Part shown: positions 26,867-37,069 of the stretch, piece by piece
How positions within the stretch are numbered: position 1 is the stretch's first letter
How the letters are laid out: each line of letters opens with the position of its first letter
Origin: Candidatus Guanabacterium sedimentis
GTDB taxonomy: Bacteria; Acidobacteriota; B3-B38; Guanabaribacteriales; B3-B38
Direction: 5' to 3'
Length of the DNA stretch: 48,587 bases
Assembly: GCA_902505605.1 (NCBI GenBank)
Contig: CABWKN010000065.1
Span: forward strand, 1 to 48,587
Made by a program: the position numbers and the translations under genes
Notes under the pieces: generated by a model
Database searches by the model: none
Seen by the model: only the letters and a program-made list of their open reading frames with translations
Told to the model about the DNA's origin: nothing

Positions 26867-29314
26867 TTAAGGGGTGGCTTTTTCCAGCTCTTTGATCTTT
26901 TTCCCTAAGCCGGGGAAATGTTTATTCATCTTATAAAGGAGCTGGTATTTCTCCAGCGCTTCTTCTTTGTTGCCAAGTTGTTCGTACCCTTGACCCAAGT
27001 AGAAAATTAGGCCCTCCTTTTGCTCATCAGTATCAACCCATTCCAATCCTTTCTCAAACCATTCCACTGCTTTAGCATAATCTTCCTTTTCCATACAGCA
27101 TATTCCCAGCATAGTACACGATTGCAATCGTCGGCGAGGGCTCTTCAGCGAGGTATTGAATTCCGTAATCGCCTCATCAATGAGCTTCATCTCCTTATAA
27201 GCGATTCCCAGGTTGTATCGGGTCTCGTAATCCTCATCTCCAACCTGTTTGCTGATAGTCTCTTTAATTCCATGCAGTATCTGCTGAAGGGTTTCTCTCT
27301 TATCCTCATCAATTGTTTTCGTTTTATCCTCGCCTGCAAGCTCTTCAGGAGATAACGGCAGCTGCTCTAATAGCTCCTGACCAGGCTCCGGATACTCCTC
27401 TACGGGGCTCACCTCATCTTGAGGAATTAGCTCCTCTTCAAGGTCAAGAGGTTCCTTTTCAGCAACAGTCGCTGTTTCATCCTCAACCATAGCTTCCGAT
27501 GGTGAGGGTTCTTTGTCTATTTCTTCCTGATCCAGCTCCCCGCTGGGGAGCTCAATTTCCTCTAATTCTTGTTCAACCACCTCTTGCTCAGGTGGTGATA
27601 TTTTCTCCTCTATCTCAGTCGGAGGTGATTGCTTCCCTAAGCTCTCAATCTCTCCCAATTCCTCTATAAATGGGAGTCTCTCTCTATCCTCCTCAAGCAC
27701 TTCTATTACCGCTGCCTCTTCTACTCCACTTACGGGGAAAACAGAAGGGTCAAGATATTGATTTGGCATATCCCGCACTGCCTCGTCTATAAACCGCTCT
27801 GCCTGTTCCTTCCTCCCTCTATTGTTGCAAAGCTCGACAAGAATGCTATACTCTTGAGCTGCCTTTTCATATTGCTTCTTTTGTAAATATACACTTTTCA
27901 GTGATTCGTGCACTTCAACATTCTGCGAGTATGAAGGGAGAATTTCCTCCAACCTCTCCAATGCTCGGTCATACAAGCCAAATTTGACGAAGATCTCCAC
28001 CTCAGTAAGGGCATCACCGAGGCTCTTAACACCTTCCACCCTTTCGGGTGTCTCCTCCGGCTTGGGAAGCTCCTCTGGAGCACCTTCTGCTTTTTCCTCT
28101 TTGGCAGGAGCTTCTGCGGGAGGTATAGCTTTCTGCTCTTCGGGTGATAGCTGTAGCTGCAAATGGCGAAGCTTTCGGTCATACTCCACATTTTCGGGGT
28201 CCAGGTCGACCAACCTCTCCAGAACCTTTATCCCTTTAATATGCAAACCCTGATGAAGATAGATGTCGGCCAGCTTATTGAGAACCGTAGTGAGCTCTAC
28301 CACATTGCTAAGGGAGGTATATACTTCGGCTAACTTCTCCAGAGTCTCAATATGAGAAGGGTCTCTGTTCAGGAGTGTATTCAGCTGGGTAACTGCTTCC
28401 TTTTCCCGTTTTTGGGTGATATTGTATTCTATTAATGGCTCCATTAGCTGATAGGCTTCTTCCAACTCCCCCTTCTCCAAGGAAATGAGCCCCAGGTTGA
28501 ATTTGGCTAATAAATTTTCTGGCTCAAGGTAGAGAACTGTGCGCAATTTTTCTGCAGCCTCCTTAAAGCGGCCGTCTTTAATAAACAATTCACCCATTTT
28601 GTTCAGCAGGAGAGTATTATCGGGATGTGATTGAAGCATTCTTTCCAGCGTCTCCACCGCCTTATCGACGCTTTCTTCCTGACAATACACATCAGCCATA
28701 GAGGAGACAATCTCCGGATTTTCGGGCTCCATCCTGTAGATTCTTTCCAGCACTTCTTTTGCTTCTGCGATATTCCCTTTAGCTATCATCTTAGTGGCAA
28801 AAGCTCTGAATTCGTTGACCGCTCGAGAATGCTCTCCCTCCTGGAGGAAGAGTTCAGCTAAATGTAATCTGAACTTATAATTCTCCGGCTCCAGCTTGAT
28901 AAGCAGTTCATAAATTTCCCTCGCTTTTCCTGCCTGAGCCTTTCGGAGGTAAAGTTTGGCTCCCTCCAAGTAGTTCATCTTTGTCTCCATAGGAAGCCCC
29001 TGCATATCATAAAGCTGAGCCAGCCTTACATAAACATTGGGGGATTCTGGTATGAGCTTGGTTATCTTCTTATAAATGGCTATAGCTTTAAGGAAAAAAC
29101 CATCATTGGCGTAATGGTCGGCAATTCTCTCAAAGTAATCTATGGCGGCCTCTTTTCTCCCCATACGGGCATAAAGGTCGCCAACCATATTGATGAGCCC
29201 CCAATCCCGGGGGTTTTCTTCAATCAGCTTTTTGTATTCAGCGACAGCGCTCTCCACCTTGCCCTGCTTGATGTACTTCTGAGCTCGTTTGATTACTTTG
29301 GTTCTTTTGCCCAT
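26867..29314 (-). CDS. Large TPR-repeat protein with a central acidic Glu/Pro-rich region
   Basis: 815 aa with N- and C-terminal TPR arrays. An E/P/L-rich low-complexity stretch is encoded roughly at 27250-27680. The start lies 19 nt downstream of the rnhB stop. Confidence 0.75.
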   Translation of the reverse strand: MGKRTKVIKRAQKYIKQGKVESAVAEYKKLIEENPRDWGLINMVGDLYARMGRKEAAIDYFERIADHYANDGFFLKAIAIYKKITKLIPESPNVYVRLAQLYDMQGLPMETKMNYLEGAKLYLRKAQAGKAREIYELLIKLEPENYKFRLHLAELFLQEGEHSRAVNEFRAFATKMIAKGNIAEAKEVLERIYRMEPENPEIVSSMADVYCQEESVDKAVETLERMLQSHPDNTLLLNKMGELFIKDGRFKEAAEKLRTVLYLEPENLLAKFNLGLISLEKGELEEAYQLMEPLIEYNITQKREKEAVTQLNTLLNRDPSHIETLEKLAEVYTSLSNVVELTTVLNKLADIYLHQGLHIKGIKVLERLVDLDPENVEYDRKLRHLQLQLSPEEQKAIPPAEAPAKEEKAEGAPEELPKPEETPERVEGVKSLGDALTEVEIFVKFGLYDRALERLEEILPSYSQNVEVHESLKSVYLQKKQYEKAAQEYSILVELCNNRGRKEQAERFIDEAVRDMPNQYLDPSVFPVSGVEEAAVIEVLEEDRERLPFIEELGEIESLGKQSPPTEIEEKISPPEQEVVEQELEEIELPSGELDQEEIDKEPSPSEAMVEDETATVAEKEPLDLEEELIPQDEVSPVEEYPEPGQELLEQLPLSPEELAGEDKTKTIDEDKRETLQQILHGIKETISKQVGDEDYETRYNLGIAYKEMKLIDEAITEFNTSLKSPRRRLQSCTMLGICCMEKEDYAKAVEWFEKGLEWVDTDEQKEGLIFYLGQGYEQLGNKEEALEKYQLLYKMNKHFPGLGKKIKELEKATP

Positions 29315-29333
29315 AAAAAGTTTTCCCCACGCC

Positions 29334-29945
29334 CTAAAAAAGCGTTCCTATGGTTGACCTCATGGGATTAAATGTCAAACGGTGAATAGGCGAAGGACCT
29401 AAAAGCTCTAAAGCTCTTAAATGCTCAGCAGTCCCATAGCCTTTATTTTTTCCAAGCTGATACTTGGGATACTCTTTATCGAGCTCCAGCATTATCTGAT
29501 CCCGGGTAACTTTGGCTACAATGGAAGCGGCAGCAATAGAGATACAATTGGCATCACCTTTGACAATAAAAACCTGGGGAATCTCCCCCAACGAGGGCAA
29601 AGGTAGTCCATCTATCAGCAAGAGATGCGGCTTCTTCTTCAAGCGATAAACCGCCTGCTTCATTGCCTTAAAAGTGGCGTTTTTAATGTTTATTCGGTCA
29701 ATCTCCCCTGCGTTTACAAATCCCACTGCCCAGCAGAGGGCATTCTCCACAATACGATAATAGTGATACTCCCTCTTCCGAGCCGATAGACATTTGGAGT
29801 CTTTTATCCCCTCCAAATCCCCTGTCAAGTCGAGGATTACAGCAGCCGCCACCACCGGGCCACACAGAGAACCTCGTCCCGCCTCATCCAGCCCGGCTAC
29901 CAGCTGGTAGCCTTCCTTTATTGCTTCCTCTTCTAAAGATAACAT
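29334..29945 (-). CDS. rnhB: Ribonuclease HII
   Basis: 203 aa with the GLDEAGRGSLCGPVV catalytic motif, in the conserved position after rplS. Confidence 0.92.
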   Translation of the reverse strand: MLSLEEEAIKEGYQLVAGLDEAGRGSLCGPVVAAAVILDLTGDLEGIKDSKCLSARKREYHYYRIVENALCWAVGFVNAGEIDRINIKNATFKAMKQAVYRLKKKPHLLLIDGLPLPSLGEIPQVFIVKGDANCISIAAASIVAKVTRDQIMLELDKEYPKYQLGKNKGYGTAEHLRALELLGPSPIHRLTFNPMRSTIGTLF

Positions 29946-29968
29946 CTGAAACAGATGACTTTCCTTGC

Positions 29969-30316
29969 TTACTGGGGCTCGCTCTCTTTGATACGGGCTT
30001 TTTTCCCCCGTTTTCCCCTGAGGTAATAAAGTTTAGCCCGGGAGACTTTCCCCTGCCTTACCACCTCGACTTTCTCAATAAGTGGGGAGTGCAAGGGGAA
30101 AATACGCTCCACACCCACTCCAAAGGAGAGCTTACGCACCGTAAAGGTGCCCCGATTTTTGCCTCTGCGCTTGCTTATTACTATTCCCTCGAAGACCTGA
30201 GTTCTGACTTTCTGTCCTTCTTCGACCTTTAGATAAATCCTTACCGTATCTCCTGGATTAAAATGGGATATTTTCTCCTTCATCTGTTTATCTTCCACAT
30301 AGCTAAGCAGATCCAT
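29969..30316 (-). CDS. rplS: 50S ribosomal protein L19
   Basis: 115 aa with a [15 protein letters not shown]...R.Q.FEG.VI core. Confidence 0.95.
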   Translation of the reverse strand: MDLLSYVEDKQMKEKISHFNPGDTVRIYLKVEEGQKVRTQVFEGIVISKRRGKNRGTFTVRKLSFGVGVERIFPLHSPLIEKVEVVRQGKVSRAKLYYLRGKRGKKARIKESEPQ

Positions 30317-30337
30317 ATTCTTCCCTCTCCATGCTGG

Positions 30338-31090
30338 CTATTTTGATGATAAGTTGAGCTCCCCTTTCAGCTTTGCTAACATCTTAATGGCTTCGCTGTC
30401 AAGTTGGGCTCTGGCGAGTAAGTTGGGGCGCTTCCTGAGAGTGTTTTCCAGGGCTTTGCGCTTCCGCCAGCGCTTTATCTCCTCGTGATTGCCCATTAGC
30501 AATACCTCGGGAACCCTCATCCCCCTGAAGGAAGCTGGACGAGTGTAGCAGGGAAAATCGAGGATTCCCTGACAAAAGGACTCATCGATCAAAGACTGCG
30601 GAGAACCCACCGCTGATGGTAGGAGCCTGGTAACCGCTTCCATAACAACCAGGGCGGGCAATTCCCCTCCCGCAAGCACATAATCCCCGATAGAGATTTC
30701 CTCGGTAATCAATTGTTGGCGTACCCTTTCATCCACTCCTTCGTATCTCCCGCAAATGAGAATTATCTGCTCCTTTTTGCTGAGTCGCTCTGCCTCTTGT
30801 TGCCCAAAGGGTCTTCCCTGCGGCGACAAAAGAATAACCGCCGCTTTCACCTCATCCTCCGAATGCCTCACCGCTTCCACCGCTTTGAATATCGGCTCGG
30901 GCTTAAGAACCATTCCCCGCCCTCCCCCAAAGGGTCGGTCGTCAACTGTTCTATGGCGGTCAGTGGCAAAATCTCTTAAATCGGTTATCCTAACCTCGAT
31001 TATTTTCTTGTCTAAAGCTCTCTTCAAAAAGCCGACCAAAAGGGGGCTGTCGAAAAATTGGGGAAATATGGTAATAACATCAAACAGCAT
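30338..31090 (-). CDS. trmD: tRNA (guanine37-N1)-methyltransferase
   Basis: 250 aa with FDVITIFP, DDRPFGGGRGMVLKPEP and CGRYEGVDERV motifs. Confidence 0.95.
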   Translation of the reverse strand: MLFDVITIFPQFFDSPLLVGFLKRALDKKIIEVRITDLRDFATDRHRTVDDRPFGGGRGMVLKPEPIFKAVEAVRHSEDEVKAAVILLSPQGRPFGQQEAERLSKKEQIILICGRYEGVDERVRQQLITEEISIGDYVLAGGELPALVVMEAVTRLLPSAVGSPQSLIDESFCQGILDFPCYTRPASFRGMRVPEVLLMGNHEEIKRWRKRKALENTLRKRPNLLARAQLDSEAIKMLAKLKGELNLSSK

Positions 31091-31631
31091 TTATCTCCAG
31101 AAGCCCCTTTGGAGGCTTGCTCACTAATAACTTGTTTTTCAAATCTATCTTTACAAAGTATTTCTTGGCTGCAGGGATAAGGTACTCTTTATCTCCCTCA
31201 GTCACTACCAGAATGTCAGTTCCTCCCCTTATCTCTATTATATCTACTACCTTACCAATAACTTTCCCTTTCTCATCCACCATTTTCATGCCAATGAGCT
31301 GAAATCTGTAAAACTCATCGGGTGGTAAGGGCGGCAAATCTTCCTCCGAAATGAACAGGCTTTTACCCACCAGCTGGCTTGCCTTCTCTATACTATTATA
31401 TCCAGCAAATTTCAGAATGAGTCTCCCCTTGTGCTCCTGAAACCCTTCTATCCGAAGGGTTATCCCTCCCTGTCCCGACAGGGATAAGCTTTTATGGGGA
31501 GCAATAAGCTCTGCTCCCCCGGGGACGGGCGTCACCGTTACCTCGCCACCCTTTCCGCGAACTTTCCATACCTTACCAACGGGAATTAGCTTTTCCATCC
31601 CCTCTGGGCGGCCTCTATGGGAGGAGACCAT
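31080..31631 (-). CDS. rimM: 16S rRNA processing protein RimM
   Basis: 183 aa with RimM and PRC-barrel layout, in the conserved rpsP-KH-rimM-trmD order. Confidence 0.88.
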   Translation of the reverse strand: MVSSHRGRPEGMEKLIPVGKVWKVRGKGGEVTVTPVPGGAELIAPHKSLSLSGQGGITLRIEGFQEHKGRLILKFAGYNSIEKASQLVGKSLFISEEDLPPLPPDEFYRFQLIGMKMVDEKGKVIGKVVDIIEIRGGTDILVVTEGDKEYLIPAAKKYFVKIDLKNKLLVSKPPKGLLEINAV

Positions 31632-31862
31632 TTACTCTAAAATCTCGAGGACGAATCTCTTGCGGAGCTTCATCCCCGCCGCTCCAAGGATAGTCCGTAT
31701 TGACCTCGCGGTTCTTCCCTGCTTTCCTATAACTTTACCCAAGTCCTCCTGAGCAACCCTCAACTCAAGCACTGTGGTCTGCTCCCCATCAATCTGGGTA
31801 ACAGATACTTTATTGGGATTGTCAACAAGGGCCTTAGCGATTAATTCGATAAGCTCTTTCAT
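31632..31862 (-). CDS. KH-domain RNA-binding protein (UPF0109/YlqC)
   Basis: 76 aa with [19 protein letters not shown], a KH GxxG motif. Confidence 0.88.
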   Translation of the reverse strand: MKELIELIAKALVDNPNKVSVTQIDGEQTTVLELRVAQEDLGKVIGKQGRTARSIRTILGAAGMKLRKRFVLEILE

Positions 31863-31930
31863 TTAACCCTACCTCCTCTAAACAACTTTTTCGGTTTAGC
31901 AAAGCGGAAAAAACCTGCTTTCAGTACTGT

Positions 31931-32170
31931 CTACACTTTTAGCAAAAGATTTTTGACTGTCGATGAAGGTCGAGCTCCTTTACTCACCCACTCCTTAATC
32001 CTATCCTTTTTCATATTAATTATCGCTGGTTCTCTCATTGGGTTGTAATAGCCTACAATTTCTATGAACCCTCCCTTACGGGCCTTCCTCGAGTCGCAGA
32101 CCACCACTCTATAATGGGGCTGCTTCACAGCCCCCATCCTCTGCAAACGGATGGTAACCACTACCGACAT
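31931..32170 (-). CDS. rpsP: 30S ribosomal protein S16
   Basis: 79 aa with IRLQRMGAVKQPHYRVVV. Confidence 0.95.
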   Translation of the reverse strand: MSVVVTIRLQRMGAVKQPHYRVVVCDSRKARKGGFIEIVGYYNPMREPAIINMKKDRIKEWVSKGARPSSTVKNLLLKV

Positions 32171-32200
32171 CCCCTCCTTTCTCTTCCGCTCATGGGAACG

Positions 32201-33544
32201 CTAATTTCCGTCAAAAAAGGGGAAAGGAAGCTTAGCGCCCCTTTTCCCTTGAGAGATAAGATTTAGCTGTTTAATCATCTTTTTTGTCTGGTCAAATTGC
32301 CTCAACAGCTGATTGACCTCCTGGACCGAGGTTCCCGACCCTCTGGCTATCCTCTTGCGGCGGCTCCCGTTGATAATGGTATGATTAAGCCGCTCCTCTA
32401 TGGTCATGGAATTAATGATTGCTTCGATTCGCTTGAGATCTCCTTCGCTAATCTCGGATAAATCCATCCCCTTCAGCTTTGAGACTCCGGGAAAAAGGCT
32501 CAGAATCTGGGTTAAGGGTCCCATTCTCTCTATATGCCTCAGCTGAGACCGGAAATCCTCAAGGGTAAAACTCTCCTTTCTTATTTTTTCCTCTAAGTCC
32601 TGGGCTTCCTTTCTGTCAATAGCTTCTTCCGCTTTCTCTATTAGCGAGAGAACATCTCCCATGCCCAAGATTCTTGAAACAATCCTCTCGGGGTAGAAGG
32701 GCTCCAGGTCGTCGTAACGCTCGCCAATACCTATGAATTTAATTGGCTTCTCAGTCACCGATTTAATCGACAAAGCGGCCCCACCCCGGGCATCTCCATC
32801 GAGCTTGGTTAATATAATGCCCGTGACATCAAGGTTCTCATTGAAAACCTTTGCACTTTTTACCGCATCCTGACCTGTCATGGCATCGGCAACAAAGAGA
32901 ATCTCTGCTGGTCGTAACTCTTTTTTGAGAATGCTAAGCTCATCCATGAGATCTTTATTGATGTGCATACGCCCGGCAGTGTCGACGACAACCACATCAT
33001 ACCCTCCCTGCTTGGCCATCTTCATAGAATTATGGCAGACTTCCAAAGGGGAAGAGCTATTATCGGAGAACGCCGGAAGACCACTCTCCTCTGCTACAAC
33101 CCTGATCTGCTCCTGCGCAGCGGGGCGTTGGACATCAGTGCTCACCAGCAAGGGCGAATGGTTTGTCTTGCGGAGCCATTTCCCCAACTTCCCTGCTGTA
33201 GTTGTCTTGCCACACCCCTGCAAACCCACCAGCATGAAAATTGAAGGGATTTTGGAGGAGAAGATAAGGTCACTCTTTTCGCCCCCTAACAGCTCGATAA
33301 GCTCATCGCGCACTATCTTCACCACCTGCTGAGTGGGTGTAAAGCTCTCCAACACCCTCTCACCTAAGGATTTATCACTTACTTTGGCAATAAATTCCCT
33401 GACTACTTTGAAATTCACATCCGCTTCTAAAAGCACCACTTTTATCTGCCTCAGAGCTTCGTCAATATGGTGCTCTTTAAGCTTCCCATACCCTCGCAGC
33501 CTCTTGAAAACCTGCTCCAGCCTCTCCGTGAGCCTCTCAAACAA
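32201..33544 (-). CDS. ffh: Signal recognition particle protein Ffh
   Basis: 447 aa with the NG domain (GLQGCGKTTT, DTAGR) and a Met-rich M domain. TTG start with GAGGT 7 nt upstream. Confidence 0.95.
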   Translation of the reverse strand: MFERLTERLEQVFKRLRGYGKLKEHHIDEALRQIKVVLLEADVNFKVVREFIAKVSDKSLGERVLESFTPTQQVVKIVRDELIELLGGEKSDLIFSSKIPSIFMLVGLQGCGKTTTAGKLGKWLRKTNHSPLLVSTDVQRPAAQEQIRVVAEESGLPAFSDNSSSPLEVCHNSMKMAKQGGYDVVVVDTAGRMHINKDLMDELSILKKELRPAEILFVADAMTGQDAVKSAKVFNENLDVTGIILTKLDGDARGGAALSIKSVTEKPIKFIGIGERYDDLEPFYPERIVSRILGMGDVLSLIEKAEEAIDRKEAQDLEEKIRKESFTLEDFRSQLRHIERMGPLTQILSLFPGVSKLKGMDLSEISEGDLKRIEAIINSMTIEERLNHTIINGSRRKRIARGSGTSVQEVNQLLRQFDQTKKMIKQLNLISQGKRGAKLPFPFFDGN

Positions 33545-33570
33545 TGGTCTTACCTCGTATAATTACTTTT

Positions 33571-33599
33571 ATATTATTACATTACGCCACATTTGTCAA
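33571..33599 (-). promoter_or_regulatory. Sigma70-like promoter for ffh
   Basis: On the minus strand: TTGACA (33599-33594), a 17-nt spacer, then TAATAT (33576-33571), 27 nt upstream of the TTG start. Confidence 0.55.
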
Positions 33600-33690
33600 C
33601 TAAAAACAACCTTTTCGTCCATTCGCAAATTAAAGTATAACAACACTTATGTTCCTGAATCCTCTTGTAGTCTTTTTGCTTGGCAAAAAG

Positions 33691-33737
33691 AAATAAAAAA
33701 GGCGAGAGAATGGGGTTAATGAATTATCTCAATCGCC
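33691..33737 (-). terminator. Candidate intrinsic terminator about 200 nt downstream of ribBA
   Basis: GGCGA-GAGA (33701-33709) pairs with TCTC-aa-TCGCC (33727-33737). On the minus strand this is followed by TTTTTTATTT (33700-33691). The stem is interrupted, so confidence is moderate. Confidence 0.35.
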
Positions 33738-33939
33738 CCAACATCCATCCTTCCCACGAGGCGCCCCCGCTCTCCGTATATCCCTGTTTCCTCAACTTAA
33801 TTATTATTTGTCTGCTGGAGCATTTATTAATAAAAAGCCTTCCTTGACAATTCCCTCTCACTTTATCCACCCCTTTCTCTCGTAGGGGGAAGAAAAAGAT
33901 GGATTCAAACTACCCAGTTTTTGGTAAGTTGAGCTGGCC

Positions 33940-35142
33940 TTACACAGAGGTGAGCAGATGACCCAACTTGACCTTCTTTGTCCTTAGGTATCGCTCAGAA
34001 GCTTTATTGGGAGAAACCTCCAGTGGGACCCGCTCGACAATCCTCAAACCATACCCTTTCAGGGCTATAAACTTAGCAGGGTTATTAGTCATCACACGGA
34101 TATCGTGAAGCCCAAGGTCGGATAGTATCTGAGCGCCAATTCCGTAATCTCGATGGTCAGCCTTAAATCCCAGACACCTGTTCGCCTCTACCGTATCTTT
34201 TCCCCTGTCCTGGAGCTCATAGGCTTTCAGTTTGTTTACCAACCCGATTCCTCTTCCCTCCTGACGCAGATAGAGTATGACCCCCTTCTTCTCCTTGGCG
34301 ATGACTTCCATGGCCATATGGAGCTGATCACCGCAGTCGCATCGCAGGGAGCCGAAGATATCACCGGTGAGACACTGGGAATGCACTCTGACCAGTACTT
34401 TGTCCGTCGGCTTTATATCGCCCATTACTAGGGCAATATGATGCTTTTTGTCAATCTCATTTTCGTAAACGACAAGCTTGAATAACCCATACTTGGTGGG
34501 AAGCTGCGGTTCTGCGACTCGCCTGACAAACTTCTCATGGCGAAGCCGATACTTGATCAGGTCAGCGATGGTGATCATTTTCAGGTTATACTTCTTGGCA
34601 AAGACCTCCAGCTGAGGGACCCTGGCCATGGTCCCATCGTCATTCATTATCTCGCAGATAACTCCTGCCGGATATAGACCCGCAATGCGGGCTAAATCGA
34701 CCGCAGCCTCTGTCTGCCCAGCTCGCTTCAATACTCCACCTTCTTTAGCCATAAGGGGAAACGTATGTCCCGGGCGGGCTAAATCTTCGGATTTGGTCTT
34801 GGGGTGAATAGCACAGAGCACGGTCTGTGCTCGGTCAGCCGCTGATATACCGGTGGAAACCTTATGCTTCGCCTCTATGGAAACGCAGAATGCGGTGCCA
34901 AAGGGAGCGGTGTTTTTGTTGACCATCAGGGGTATATCGAGCTCCTCCAGCCTCTCTCTGGTCATAGGAAGGCAGATGAGTCCCCGCCCATGGGTAGCCA
35001 TAAAGTTGATGGCTTCGGGATTCACCTTCTCGGCAGCGATGGTGAGGTCCCCTTCGTTCTCTCGGTCCTCGTCGTCAACAACGATGACTATCTTGCCTGC
35101 TCTGATATCCTTTATTGCCTCTTCAATAGTAGCAAATAGCAT
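33940..35142 (-). CDS. ribBA: Bifunctional 3,4-dihydroxy-2-butanone-4-phosphate synthase / GTP cyclohydrolase II
   Basis: 400 aa with the DHBP synthase N-half ([11 protein letters not shown]) and the GCH-II C-half ([11 protein letters not shown]...CDCG). Confidence 0.95.
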   Translation of the reverse strand: MLFATIEEAIKDIRAGKIVIVVDDEDRENEGDLTIAAEKVNPEAINFMATHGRGLICLPMTRERLEELDIPLMVNKNTAPFGTAFCVSIEAKHKVSTGISAADRAQTVLCAIHPKTKSEDLARPGHTFPLMAKEGGVLKRAGQTEAAVDLARIAGLYPAGVICEIMNDDGTMARVPQLEVFAKKYNLKMITIADLIKYRLRHEKFVRRVAEPQLPTKYGLFKLVVYENEIDKKHHIALVMGDIKPTDKVLVRVHSQCLTGDIFGSLRCDCGDQLHMAMEVIAKEKKGVILYLRQEGRGIGLVNKLKAYELQDRGKDTVEANRCLGFKADHRDYGIGAQILSDLGLHDIRVMTNNPAKFIALKGYGLRIVERVPLEVSPNKASERYLRTKKVKLGHLLTSV

Positions 35143-35194
35143 CTTCTTATCGCCTTCTTTTGAGTATCAGCTATATATTATAGCACTTATTGGC

Positions 35195-35854
35195 TCAATC
35201 TTCTGGCAAAAATCCGTATCTGGAAAGAAACTCCCAGGTTATCCCCTCTCTTTTTTCTATCTCCTTTTTAGTGCTTAATAGTTTTTCCAGATATTTGGCT
35301 ATAAGGTCGCCTTCTATATTCACCTGTTTGGAGAGGATTAGATATTTGAAATTGGTAGCCTTGAAGGTGAAAGGAATGACCATCAGCTCCAGGATGTAGG
35401 GCTCCACCGCAAAAACAGTAAAACTAATACCATCCACCGCTACTGAGCCTCGAGGTACAAGGTAGCGGTCTATCTCGGGTGAGTATTCGATTCTTACCCT
35501 CAGGTTTTCTCCTTCTGGCTTCAAACCTATCACCTTCCCCACTCCGTCGATATGCCCGCTTATCAGATGGCCCCCCAACCGGCTGCTGGCAAGCAGAGCT
35601 CTCTCCAGGTTCACATAGTCTCCTCTCCTGATGGTTCTCAGGTTAGTCCGACGGATGGTTTCCTCGGTGGCTTCCAATCGAACGAGGGGAGCCTCCACCT
35701 CAGTAATAGTCAGGCACACGCCGTTTACAGCCAGACTATCTCCCTCCTTGCTCTCGGGGGAAATGAGCGGGCATTCTATCGCCAGCTCCCTGTTGTTCCC
35801 TCGAAGCAGAACCTCCCTTATTTCGCCGACTTCCTCTATCAGTCCAGTAAACAT
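35195..35854 (-). CDS. ribE: Riboflavin synthase (alpha chain)
   Basis: 219 aa. [10 protein letters not shown] plus an internal duplication ([12 protein letters not shown] / [11 protein letters not shown]). Confidence 0.93.
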   Translation of the reverse strand: MFTGLIEEVGEIREVLLRGNNRELAIECPLISPESKEGDSLAVNGVCLTITEVEAPLVRLEATEETIRRTNLRTIRRGDYVNLERALLASSRLGGHLISGHIDGVGKVIGLKPEGENLRVRIEYSPEIDRYLVPRGSVAVDGISFTVFAVEPYILELMVIPFTFKATNFKYLILSKQVNIEGDLIAKYLEKLLSTKKEIEKREGITWEFLSRYGFLPED

Positions 35855-35861
35855 GATCTCT

Positions 35862-36968
35862 TTAGGGGCACCATTTCAGGTAGCCTTCGATGGCTACATC
35901 GGGTCCCAGTCGGAAAGAGCGAACTTTGCTCAACTTATAGGCAGAGGCAAGCTCCTTTTTCCCTTCGCCTCCGAACAGGGGAATAGAATCTCTCCCTCCG
36001 ATAATCTTGGGAGCGTAAATAAACAGCACCTTGTTAATGACCTTTTCCTTCAAAGCAGAGGCAAAAACCTCTGCCCCTCCTTCTATAAGGAGGCTTATTA
36101 TACTCTTTTCAGCCAGTTGTTTCAAGGCGTAATTTAAATTGACTCTCCCCTCCTTTTCCCTGGCTATTACCACTCTAATTCCCAAACTCCTGAGCTGTTT
36201 AACTCTTTCTGCCGGAGCGGCTGGAGTGGTAAAAATCACAACTTCACCGCCTCTCTTCTCCTTTAGCAGGCTACACTGCAAGGGAATTCTTAGCTTACCG
36301 TCTAATACCACCCGAAGTATCTCTTTCTTCTCGGCACCCGGTAGTCGGGCAGTGAGCCGGGGGTTATCCCTTAATACGGTATTGATGCCGACCATTATTG
36401 CATCATATTCCTGCCGCAGTTGGTGGACATACCTCCTAGCTTCAGGGGAGGAGAGCCATCGGGATTTGCCCGTTGGAGTAGCAATCTTACCATCCAGGCT
36501 GAGGGCAGCCTTTATCATGACAAACGGTCTTCTGTTCTTGATAAAAAAGATGAATTTCTCGTTAAGCTCCTCCGCCTCCTGTTGGCAGAGCCCTTTTTCC
36601 ACCTCGATGCCCCGCCGGCGCAAAAGCTCAAATCCTCTCCCCTTCACCAGCGGATTAGGGTCTTCCATCGCAGCTACTACCCGTGTGATGCCGGCATTAA
36701 TTATAGCCTCCACACAAGGGGGGGTTTTCCCCGCATGGCAACAGGGCTCAAGATTCAAATAGAGAGTCCCTCCTCGTGGATTCTGCACGCAGCTCTCTAA
36801 GGCGACAATCTCCGCATGCTTATCGCCAGCTTTGTGATGGTATCCTTCACCTATAATCTTCCCCTTCTTGATAATCACCGCCCCTACCATTGGATTGGGG
36901 CTGGTAAATCCCTTTCCTTTAGCTGCCAGCTCCAATGCACGGCACATGAAGGCGAGCTCATCACTCAC
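35862..36968 (-). CDS. ribD: Bifunctional diaminohydroxyphosphoribosylaminopyrimidine deaminase / 5-amino-6-(5-phosphoribosylamino)uracil reductase
   Basis: 368 aa with a GTG start. Deaminase zinc motifs HAEIVAL and PCCHAGKTPPC, plus a reductase C-half. Confidence 0.93.
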   Translation of the reverse strand: MSDELAFMCRALELAAKGKGFTSPNPMVGAVIIKKGKIIGEGYHHKAGDKHAEIVALESCVQNPRGGTLYLNLEPCCHAGKTPPCVEAIINAGITRVVAAMEDPNPLVKGRGFELLRRRGIEVEKGLCQQEAEELNEKFIFFIKNRRPFVMIKAALSLDGKIATPTGKSRWLSSPEARRYVHQLRQEYDAIMVGINTVLRDNPRLTARLPGAEKKEILRVVLDGKLRIPLQCSLLKEKRGGEVVIFTTPAAPAERVKQLRSLGIRVVIAREKEGRVNLNYALKQLAEKSIISLLIEGGAEVFASALKEKVINKVLFIYAPKIIGGRDSIPLFGGEGKKELASAYKLSKVRSFRLGPDVAIEGYLKWCP

Positions 36969-37069
36969 TGAAAAAACCTACCTCCCTGTATAATAAAAAA
37001 TTGCCCTGTCACAGCAGGGTCTTCATTAGATATGAAATGCTCACTCAATCGGGACAGCTTATCAGCTCC

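Noticed and set aside
36969-37069. I looked for an FMN riboswitch upstream of ribD and considered the hairpin at 37003-37020 with a T6 run (minus strand) as an ftsY terminator.
   Set aside because: Only about 100 nt are available and none of the conserved FMN-element sequence is present. The hairpin has just 5 solid base pairs and would leave no room for a ribD promoter, so I did not call it. ribH is also absent from the cluster, which is common.
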